Both the position numbers and the translations under genes were made by a program. A DNA stretch of 64,000 nt. Source: Cyanophora paradoxa CCMP329. Taxonomy: Eukaryota; Plantae; Glaucophyta. The notes under the pieces were generated by a model. That model did no database searches and had not been told where the DNA came from. It saw nothing but the letters and a program-made list of their open reading frames with translations. The stretch covers positions 496,001 through 560,000 of the forward strand of contig QPMI01000494.1 in assembly GCA_004431415.1 (NCBI GenBank). The letters run 5' to 3'. Each line of letters opens with the position of its first letter. Position 1 is the first letter of the stretch. Below, in pieces: positions 8,513-17,049 of the stretch.

Positions 8513-11177
8513 CTGCGGCACTGCTGCCTAGTAGCCTAGCCTAGGAGCTCAGACCTAGGCCTGGGTATACGTAGCTGCAGAATCTCGTCGGCCGGGCTCA
8601 GTTCTCGCGGCTGCCAGTACTAGTAAAACCGCTCGCGCAGCTCGACATCGATCAGAAGATCGAGATCTAGTCTTCGTGATTCGAGATGGCGGCTCCGTGC
8701 GACGCCGTAGACACGAACCCGGGGGTGCTGGTCGAGAAGGTGATCGTTGATCGTTGCTCACGGCGGCTGATTGACGTCGACGTCTCTTATAATTAACTCA
8801 TTCCTGTTGCGATCGCACACAGGGCTCGTACGAGCTTCCGAAGTTCCGTTTTCGGAGGTCGGCAAGATCCGCTCGGATGGCAACGAGGTGGGCCGCCGCC
8901 GCTTTGCTGCAGCCTGCGATCGGTTGCGATCGCCTGCAAATCCAATGCCAATGCCGCACGTGCACGCCTTTCGCAGTACCAAGGCTTCGGGCAGTACACC
9001 GCCCCCGCGACCCAGACTCAGAGCTATACGTGCGCTCATACGTATACTGCATCCGCGAATGCTTGTTACACATGCGTACATTTCAATGACCTGCGGCGCT
9101 TCAGGTACAAGGACGAGTACGCCGAGAGTCGTACTATCCGGACGACCGACTCCTACACCGAGGACGGTCCGTGTTTATGAATACGATCAACTCTGCTCCG
9201 CGAATCGGACTTCCGTTGCTGAAGGCCGTTCGCAATTGCAGGCTCATACGTGTTGAAGCAAATCGTGCAACCGACAAAGCTCTACTATGGCGAGCTCACC
9301 ACGCTGAAGTGCGGAACTGAAATTAAAGCCATGTCATTCAGACATTAATATTGCGATGAACTGATCGCGATATTATTTGCAATTGATACGTCAGTACGAT
9401 CAGCGAGCTCTCGACGCCTGGTTCGCATACATATTCGAGTTCACTGATCTGATCTGAGTTCACCGTCGGCGCGCTCATCGCACCTCGCGTTTGCCCTCGC
9501 AGCCCCCGATCAGATCCAGTGGACACGGGACCCGGCTTCGGAGTCATTCCTCGGCGGCGCGGACCCGACATCGACGGCTCTCGTTCCGGATGGCCCTCGC
9601 GCGCCGGCGGTGGGCGTCGCCGGCGAGTGGACGCCGAACGGACAGCCGACTGTCGAGATCGTGAATGCTAGCATTTCCTACTCTGATCCCACTTCAGCTT
9701 GTGTCGACTCGAGCTGGTACTTTTATGTATTCATTTAAATTAAATATAATTGTTTTCTTCTTTCCCTGCATACCCATTAATTATAATATTGCTTCGCTAA
9801 TCTACGCACGCACAGCTTCCAGTCGAAGGTGGCGTCTGTGGCCGTCGAGAAAGGGACGGCGATGAAGCCCGTGGGATCGGCCGACGCTACCATCTCGGGA
9901 GCGCTCAGCGCACTCCTGCTTAATGCCCTCACGCTCGACGTGCGCAATTTTAATTTGAACGCATCCCGCGGACTCCGGGAGCCGGGTAGTATAAGTAGTG
10001 AAGACTGCACGTCCGCAGGAGTCTGTTGACCCTTCCACCACGATGGAGGTTCTTTCTGGCGGTCTCCTCGCTCAGGCAAGAAGCCTTCGCGACCATATAT
10101 ATGCATTTACGATCGCTGCCTATTTGCTGACTTTGAAGCGGGTGATCATCGGATCAGGACTTCAGCTCTATCCCGTACCACCTCTCCTATGACATCGAAA
10201 CTACTGCGAAGCAGACGCGCATCCTTGAGGAGACGGGTTCGCAACCTCTCTGGAACGTCTCCGTGTCAGATCTGTATTGACCTTCGCTACTCTGTGGGGT
10301 AGGGAGCTTCTCAAAGTCGCAGGTTCGCCCTAGCGTACGCGCCGGCGGCACTTCTAAGCTTAAGCGCGCTTTCATTTCACAATCCACGTTAACGTTGCAT
10401 ACTGATACTATCTCTTGCGACTCGTACTTAGCCTTCCGGGGCTCAAGTCTACGCTCGAGCTCATTCGTTCGCGCCTTTCAGACCGGCACCGTGACGGGCT
10501 TTGGCCAGTACAAGTATGCCCAGGGCGGCGTCTTCGATGCGCAATACGCCAAGCCGGGTCTCGAGGCGAGTGTTTCGCGTTGCATGAATTCAATGCTTGC
10601 GCTTGCTCGCATGTCGATTGCAAAGCCGAGCTGTCAAACAGGTCGGAACGTACGAAATCTACGCACGGGGGACGAAGCTCGAGAGCGCTGTCACCAAGGG
10701 TGTCCCGATCGAAGAAGTGGACCCAGTTCAGGTCCGCTTACTGTTTGGATCCGGACTTGTGCCGCTTATAATTAAGCTTCCGGTCCCGCCTCGGCGGGCC
10801 GAAGTAAATCGATTTTTGCACTCGCAGGCGGTGGTCGCTGGAGGGCACGTTAAACGTTGAGACTGCGGTCGCGGAGCCTACCGTCACCCTTGACGGCGCG
10901 CCATCCGGCGAACGGGTGCGAATGCGGAAATCCGCATTAGTTACTCGCTAGAGCTTTCCTAGAGCTAACTTCGTGAGGCGGTTGAACAGTCGCCGAATTC
11001 GGAGGTGGCGGTGACATCGAACGAGCCCAGCCTCACCCCGACGGAGACCTTCACTGGGTTCGCGGCTTCGATTTTTCAATTCTGAAGCCTGCTGCATACG
11101 CGATTCCTGTCGTTGCGACGCCTTTCTCGCGCAGCGACATTGAGTTCACTCCGGAGTACAAGGCGTCTTCAATCAGC

Positions 11178-11717
11178 AAAAAATGAGATAGTGGGGGTTC
11201 CAGCCCACCCACCTCTTTCTCACCCTCACTCCTCCAAACCACCCCAACCCACACACTCCAACGCCTTCCAACACACATTCTCTTCCATCCCTTCGTTACG
11301 TCTACCACCACAACCTCTCCAAACCAACCATCCAGCAACCGCTAGGTAGTATCTAACGTCTAGTCCGATCGATTTTGCAAAAGATATAGCAGTGATTTTA
11401 GGCGGACCCCCAAAGCGCTGGTCTCAGAATAATCTTCAGATACAGCTAGACGTTAATTTTGTGTACTTTGAATCTAACAGAGAAAACATGTTTAGCTCAA
11501 TTCTAGACGATATTAATGAGTACAATGAAGCTAACAGAGGAAACACGTTTAGCTCAATTCTAGACGTTAGTTGTGTGTATTTCGAATCTAAAAAACAAAG
11601 AGGTTTCAAGGGTTAAGCTACACGTAATTACTATATCATCGGAATCTAATTACATACTCGAGTTCAGGTTCTAGCTAGACGCTAATTATTCCCACCGATG
11701 ACGTAGTCCAAGTTTAG
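11178..11717 (+). repeat. Left TIR of element 1 (contains ~57-bp tandem repeat at ~11446-11595)
   Basis: Reverse complement of 21193-21620 with substitutions and two extra 57-bp units; starts AAAAAATGAGAT. Confidence 0.9.
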
Positions 11718-12294
11718 TGAAACCACTTAACATTGGTTTGTATTCGATCGACGGCCCGACAGGATCAGCGCTGCTAGAGGCGATGCGCAAGATCGATGTG
11801 TTTGCTACAGGTAATTCGCTAGCATTCTCATCCACCTGGGGGATTGCGACGATCGTCTTAGCAGGAACAGCAGATGATGGAGGAGAAAGCTTTTTATCAA
11901 TTTTGGTCTTAGCAATCGGTTCGTTTAAAATCTTGTTTTCCATTTTCGTCTCAACCGCTATACCAGCAATAAGATCACCAGCACGCTTCTTTGAAATTGT
12001 TTTCAACCCAGTCACTGTTTTTATGAAATATCTGCTACGATTACCAGTCTCTGATACATACAGCGGACCATCGTCAGTATCCTTCAGTTTACTAGTTTTG
12101 CTTTTCTTTGTCCGCGAATTTGGGATCTTATCTAGAATAGCGTTTTCGTCAGCAGTAAGAGCAAAATCGATAGATGCTCCCTCACCACCAGCAGTCCGAC
12201 GAACTAAAGGATAAGATTCAGTATCACCGCTCAAAAATTCAATATTATTCTTTTTATTGGGTGAGTTTGTAAGTTTTCTAGAAGCCGAAGGCAT
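11686..12294 (-). CDS. Conserved basic hypothetical protein of the capsid module
   Basis: Clear homology to 27328-28109 (GIAVETKMENKI vs GIAKETKLENQI; LPVANTSILRIA vs LPIANKHILKIA; SGFTKLGL vs SGFAKLGL); both lie downstream of the penton gene. Confidence 0.8.
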   Translation of the reverse strand: MPSASRKLTNSPNKKNNIEFLSGDTESYPLVRRTAGGEGASIDFALTADENAILDKIPNSRTKKSKTSKLKDTDDGPLYVSETGNRSRYFIKTVTGLKTISKKRAGDLIAGIAVETKMENKILNEPIAKTKIDKKLSPPSSAVPAKTIVAIPQVDENASELPVANTSILRIASSSADPVGPSIEYKPMLSGFTKLGLRHRWE

Positions 12295-12356
12295 TTGTTT
12301 TAAATAAGGAACAGAAAAAAGTCGACAGACAAGCCAAGCGCATTCGCGAAGTGAAA

Positions 12357-13232
12357 TTAAGCAAAACTGCGATCAAACGGATGAAACTCACTATCTGTGT
12401 TTCTGATTGACGAGCGAAGTGATGCCTTTGTGTATGAAGAATCTTCAATTTCGAACTCGATAACGAATGAGAATTCAGTGTTAATAGCTGCAGTAAATCC
12501 ATTAAAATAACGTATTGACACATCAAGTTGTTCTAACTCAGAATTATGATCGACGGAAACAGGAACACGTTCATCAGATGTATATTTGATTAGCTCTCCA
12601 AATTTCGCATCGATATGAATCTTTGCCAACGATGTGTTTGTCCACTTATTTATTGTGTGAATCGAACCACGAATCTGATCGATATGTAGGAAGAGATAAG
12701 TATGATAAAGAAGATCAACAGGTATATCGCCAACGATAGCAAACGCATAATCAACAGCATCAACTGTGATTGGAGTATCTAGCTGTTCTGCAGATTCTGT
12801 AACAGCCTTTGTGAAGCCGAGCAGATTTGCGAGTTCAAGAGTGGAAAACGTTAGAGTAAACTCCGATTCACACAAGATTGTGATTTTCATTGAAACATCA
12901 TCAAAAACCGTTAAGAACTTGCGTTGGTAAGTAGAACCTAAATAACTGTATTGTTGCGTTTTCAAAAGAACATTCATGTAATTCGTAAGAGATGTTGGTG
13001 TGTATGATCCAGCTCGAAATAGGTTCGATCTAGTTTTAATGACGTTACTCGGATCGAGCGTAATGGTTGTTATTGAAGCATCAGCAGCTAGATTATACAT
13101 ATTGTGAAAAAGTTCTAGCGATTCAATTCTAGCCGACTTCACGTTTGCTAACGCCCGAGGTAGATTAATTTTGAAATTCGAGGACGTGCCTTCGAACCGA
13201 TCTCTAGAATCAACATTTACGCGGAGTTTCAT
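12357..13232 (-). CDS. Minor capsid protein (penton, single jelly-roll)
   Basis: N-terminal VNVDSRDR...SNFKINLP...NVKSARI and C-terminal LEQLDVSIRYFNG...FSFVIEF match the PLV/NCLDV penton pattern; adjacent to the MCP gene. Confidence 0.8.
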   Translation of the reverse strand: MKLRVNVDSRDRFEGTSSNFKINLPRALANVKSARIESLELFHNMYNLAADASITTITLDPSNVIKTRSNLFRAGSYTPTSLTNYMNVLLKTQQYSYLGSTYQRKFLTVFDDVSMKITILCESEFTLTFSTLELANLLGFTKAVTESAEQLDTPITVDAVDYAFAIVGDIPVDLLYHTYLFLHIDQIRGSIHTINKWTNTSLAKIHIDAKFGELIKYTSDERVPVSVDHNSELEQLDVSIRYFNGFTAAINTEFSFVIEFEIEDSSYTKASLRSSIRNTDSEFHPFDRSFA

Positions 13233-13276
13233 CTTTACAACAATATACGTGAAAATATTCTGTAATATATTATCAA
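13233..13276. promoter_or_regulatory. Putative bidirectional promoter between penton and MCP
   Basis: 44-bp AT-rich gap between divergent ATGs. It contains AATATTTTCACGTA on the minus strand (13246-13259). Element 2 has the same divergent layout. Confidence 0.5.
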
Positions 13277-14506
13277 ATGGCGCAAGCAGGAACTACTCTG
13301 AAAGAGCTCCTAACAACCAAAGGATCGAACGAGCTTTATCTATCGCCAGGTCTAACTGTCGGTGTTAGCCCAAAGTTTAAGCCTTTCCTTGAGACGATCC
13401 GTCCGCGAGGCAACTCATACGGATTCGCACAGACTGCTGCTTTCGACCTTCCGCGCAAGCAACTTCTAAATGGCGTCTCCCTATATTTTAAGGTAACAGT
13501 CGCTGGTGGAGCTGCCGCTTCGGTTCTTCCTAATGGTGCTGGTGCATTTATTGAAAACGTACGCTTTGTTCATGGATCTTTCAAAATGGTAATTCCCGGT
13601 GATTGGCTTACAGTGAACGCACTGATTGATAACAGCGTCGCATCCGCCCAAGCTTTTGCTAGCAGCTACGGCTTTGGAAAAGACGCAGCTCTAGAGATTC
13701 TCGATGCTAGCCGAGAGTACGTGCTGAAGATCCCATCACAGCTTTGGGACAATTCATATTTCCCTCTGCTAGCACTTGCGGATATGCCAACCGTCGAGAT
13801 TGACTTCCGTTCGGCTGGTGTGATTGGAACTGTTGCTGATGCTATTGCGACTCTAACGGATTGTGCCCTGGTTTGTCAGTTCGTGAATATTCCTAGCGAA
13901 GAGGCAGAGTCTATGCTAAAATCTGCGAACGAGTCTGGCGGTATTAGAATTCCCTTTACTGAAATCATTTCAAAGCGCTCACGCCAGCTTAAGACGGACG
14001 ACGCAGGAAACGCTGTCGAAATATCCCTTGCTAACGTTAGCGGCCTTGTGCACGCGATCCTGATGACAGTGCGTAATGCGAATCACCTGGGCACTCGCAA
14101 TCATAATTCATTTGCCGGTAACGGTAACGCTTTGAAGATTGATTCGTTTGAGATCATGCACAATAATCGCACTCTCGATATCAGCAATAAGCCAATCTCT
14201 GGGTTCGTTTCAAGCTGCTACCACATCCCAACACAATACCGCGGCGCAACCACTGGTAATTCAGCCCTAGGTTTCGAGGATGGAAACGTCTATGGAATTG
14301 TGCTTTCGAAATCTGGAAAGGATTCGCTACATAACGCTGTTCTTGGTTATACCGATTTCTTCAATTCCAGTAGCAGCTATTGCTCCCTCACAGTTACAGG
14401 TTGTACAAACACCGCACCAGCTGTCGTTGATTTCCATGTCCTACGGCACAATGTTCTAGTCATAAATTCATATCAAATGTCTACTCTAAAAGTAAGTAAC
14501 TTCTAG
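13277..14506 (+). CDS. Major capsid protein (putative double jelly-roll)
   Basis: 409-aa beta-rich protein between penton and A32 ATPase, strongly conserved with the element-2 copy. Inferred from context and size; the fold is not verified. Confidence 0.75.
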   Translation: MAQAGTTLKELLTTKGSNELYLSPGLTVGVSPKFKPFLETIRPRGNSYGFAQTAAFDLPRKQLLNGVSLYFKVTVAGGAAASVLPNGAGAFIENVRFVHGSFKMVIPGDWLTVNALIDNSVASAQAFASSYGFGKDAALEILDASREYVLKIPSQLWDNSYFPLLALADMPTVEIDFRSAGVIGTVADAIATLTDCALVCQFVNIPSEEAESMLKSANESGGIRIPFTEIISKRSRQLKTDDAGNAVEISLANVSGLVHAILMTVRNANHLGTRNHNSFAGNGNALKIDSFEIMHNNRTLDISNKPISGFVSSCYHIPTQYRGATTGNSALGFEDGNVYGIVLSKSGKDSLHNAVLGYTDFFNSSSSYCSLTVTGCTNTAPAVVDFHVLRHNVLVINSYQMSTLKVSNF

Positions 14507-15211
14507 ATGGATATTAAATTGTTTGATCCGACGGAAATAAAACTTCCTAAACGGTTCTTGTTTGTCGGCCCCACCAACTCGGGCAAAAGCACCTACGTAA
14601 AACACGTATTAAATGCAGTATCAAATCAACTAGACGATATTTACGTCTTTAGTACAACAGCATTTACTGGACAGTGGGATGATACGACTCGCAAGAGCAA
14701 TATTTACGAAGAATGGGATCCGGTTTCGGTTGAGAGTCTTCTAGAGCGTCAAAAAGAAAGACGACGCAAGAAAGATGAGCGCAAGATTGCAATCGTTCTA
14801 GATGATTTGCTCGATAATGACCTAGTAAACGTCCACAGCGATCGATTAATGCAAAAGCTATTTACTTCTGGCCGTCATTATAACACCACCCTTTTCATAA
14901 CGACTCAACGCCTTTGTGGCATCAGTCCAACGATACGAAGGAATTGCGAATATGTGTGCTTTTCGTCGATTCTCTCGAATATCAAAGAGTTCGATTGCGT
15001 CTTTGCCGAATACAACGCCGGAGCGAATCGAGCAGTTTTAACGCGTCTTTTCCTTGAATGGGGTCACAGCTATCAGGTTTTGATATTTGAAGCCGTGAGC
15101 GCGGACCGCGTCTACTCTGTTGATAAATCTTCTGGAGATTTTTCGGCTCTATTGCGCTTTGTGCACGCAAGAAAGCGGCGCGATCAAAAGCCGGTAACCA
15201 ATCCTGTCTAA
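14507..15211 (+). CDS. A32-like (FtsK/HerA) genome-packaging ATPase
   Basis: Walker A GPTNSGKS, Walker B IVLDD, and the GRHY...TTQ...IRRN motifs of A32 ATPases. Confidence 0.93.
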   Translation: MDIKLFDPTEIKLPKRFLFVGPTNSGKSTYVKHVLNAVSNQLDDIYVFSTTAFTGQWDDTTRKSNIYEEWDPVSVESLLERQKERRRKKDERKIAIVLDDLLDNDLVNVHSDRLMQKLFTSGRHYNTTLFITTQRLCGISPTIRRNCEYVCFSSILSNIKEFDCVFAEYNAGANRAVLTRLFLEWGHSYQVLIFEAVSADRVYSVDKSSGDFSALLRFVHARKRRDQKPVTNPV

Positions 15212-15374
15212 GCAACCAAGCTGTATATTCTGGACGTGCTGATGCGATCCACAAATAGGAGGCTCCTTTGTAAATGCCAAAGCTGATGCAATGACTTGGT
15301 GAAAGCTGACTCCTGCCTGGCCAAAATTCTTCTAGATTTAACTCTTCCTCTGTCGTTTCGAGTTCGAGTTCCAT
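14982..15374 (-). CDS. Small protein with FGxYKG...PEYxxWLL motif (QSregVF_b/ExoX-C-like)
   Basis: ISFGIYKGASYLWIASARPEYTAWLL resembles the FGKYKG small-domain family. Its 3' part overlaps the ATPase gene on the opposite strand. Confidence 0.5.
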   Translation of the reverse strand: MELELETTEEELNLEEFWPGRSQLSPSHCISFGIYKGASYLWIASARPEYTAWLLRQDWLPAFDRAAFLRAQSAIEPKNLQKIYQQSRRGPRSRLQISKPDSCDPIQGKDALKLLDSLRRCIRQRRNRTL

Positions 15375-15401
15375 TAAAAAGATAAAGGGGTGTTATTCCA
15401 T

Positions 15402-16655
15402 TCAATTAAACCGTGATTTCGATGTTTGATCTTTATAAGCATCTTCGAATGAATCATAATAACCGATTATCTTCTTGCAACCATTGATTTTGGTTTCTGC
15501 TTTCCATTTATCGGTTCGTTTGTCAAGGGAAACACGGACATAGTGGTTGGTGGGTCGGTGGATTCTCCTCCGGCAATGTTTCAGTAGAAGATACTCAATG
15601 TGTTGCTGGATTGCAAAGGCAACGTATATCGGAAGGTTGATATCGGTCATCTCTGACTTTTTCGTTACATCTACAGATTGCAATATATTTATGGCATATT
15701 CACGCGCTTCTACCTTGAATTCTCTTTGCGTAATATCCAGCGGTTTGGCGCCTGCTCTGAGCAATGGTTCAGCAGCAATTTCGAGTTTTTTTAGCTCACG
15801 ATCCTTCAGGTTTTGACCCGCATACGTTTTCGTTTCAACGAGACCCTCTCTCCGAAGCTGACGATCTTGCTTCGATCTAGCAGTCGCTCTTTCAATCTTA
15901 GACTGGTCAGGTAGTTCTTGTGGCGCACGAATCTCGGATGGTTTCACACGTCTAGAAATTTCCACACCTTGCTTTGTAATTAACCTAACACGGTTCTTAT
16001 CAACGCCAGCAACAACGTAGGTCTCTTTGCTTGGTTTCGCCAGACCCTTTGCGAACACGCTTGGCTTAGGTTCAAGGATCTGCACCTCCGTACCAGGTTT
16101 AGGCATATTTGTGTTCTCTCGTTCAATATCATTCTGTCGCTGACGAACTTGATGTAGCTGTTCGGCTACCTGTGTATTTTCACGCATCCACGTTGGTGAT
16201 CGCTCTTCACCAAATGCACTGTGTGCTGTTTCATTGTACGCCTTCAAAATCGCAGGCAAGCGGGAGAGGAAATGCGGGGAGCCGCGTGCCTCTGTGTCGG
16301 CCTGGATCAATGCTCGCAATGTCCTAGCGAACCTGTCGATAATTCCAAGTTTGTTACCTTTAGAAATGTGGTCATCTTTGGCAACATCAGTATGCATTTT
16401 CAACGAGTTATCCTCGGCCATTGCCCGAATTGCTGCTGTGTTAAAACCGTTGTCACCTGAAAATCCCCATATTCCAGGTAGCTGCTCGATCATTTTTGGA
16501 AGCTGCTTAAAAGTCTCGAGCTTACGGACCACAGCAAAGCGGGTTGCAATTTCGACCGCTGCAAACAGGCGATACCTCCCAATAAACAATACATCAATTT
16601 GCCAAGCTCCAGGTGGTGCTGTTATCGTGTACATTCTTCTAATTGTCACACACAT
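15402..16655 (-). CDS. Retroviral-like (rve) integrase with C-terminal AP2-like domain
   Basis: WQIDVLF, FSGDNGF, GIIDRFARTLR and YNETAHS match the Polinton integrase core; tail VSLDKRTDKWKAETKINGCKKIIGYYDSFEDA is AP2-like. First ATG at 16655 taken as start. Confidence 0.88.
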   Translation of the reverse strand: MCVTIRRMYTITAPPGAWQIDVLFIGRYRLFAAVEIATRFAVVRKLETFKQLPKMIEQLPGIWGFSGDNGFNTAAIRAMAEDNSLKMHTDVAKDDHISKGNKLGIIDRFARTLRALIQADTEARGSPHFLSRLPAILKAYNETAHSAFGEERSPTWMRENTQVAEQLHQVRQRQNDIERENTNMPKPGTEVQILEPKPSVFAKGLAKPSKETYVVAGVDKNRVRLITKQGVEISRRVKPSEIRAPQELPDQSKIERATARSKQDRQLRREGLVETKTYAGQNLKDRELKKLEIAAEPLLRAGAKPLDITQREFKVEAREYAINILQSVDVTKKSEMTDINLPIYVAFAIQQHIEYLLLKHCRRRIHRPTNHYVRVSLDKRTDKWKAETKINGCKKIIGYYDSFEDAYKDQTSKSRFN

Positions 16656-16732
16656 AAAAGTTTTTTGGTGGATATCGCGTGAATATGCCTTAAAAAGATT
16701 GTGATTGTGATTAATAATAAAGTGATATTGTA

Positions 16733-17023
16733 ATGGAGGTTGAAAACTGTTTGGCGCGCAAGCGTGGTCGTCCTCCAAAGTCTAAGTCTCCGGAAGTAAT
16801 AGAAGAGATGAAGAAGAAACGATCAGCAGCGGTAAAAGCTCGTTATCATTCAGATGAGGAATTTCGTAAGCGCAAGCTCCAAGCGACGTATGAGTATCAG
16901 GAAAGAAATATTGACCGAAAACGGGAGCAGTGCCGTAACTATCGACGTCGGCAAAGACAGTTGCTTCTAACTCTAATGGATAAGTTTGGTGCTCAATCGG
17001 TTGAGGTAGTTTCAGCGGCCTAG
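16733..17023 (+). CDS. Small basic AT-hook protein
   Basis: KRGRPPK AT-hook followed by a basic helical region; weakly similar to 28450-28704 (RYHSDEEFRKRK vs LYQSDDCYRSMK). Confidence 0.7.
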   Translation: MEVENCLARKRGRPPKSKSPEVIEEMKKKRSAAVKARYHSDEEFRKRKLQATYEYQERNIDRKREQCRNYRRRQRQLLLTLMDKFGAQSVEVVSAA

Positions 17024-17049
17024 TGGTTGGAGGGTCGCAGCTTCTTTTT

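Noticed and set aside
16656-16778. 5' extension of the integrase ORF from a non-ATG start
   Set aside because: It overlaps the divergent AT-hook gene and its AT-rich upstream region; the first ATG at 16655 is more plausible.
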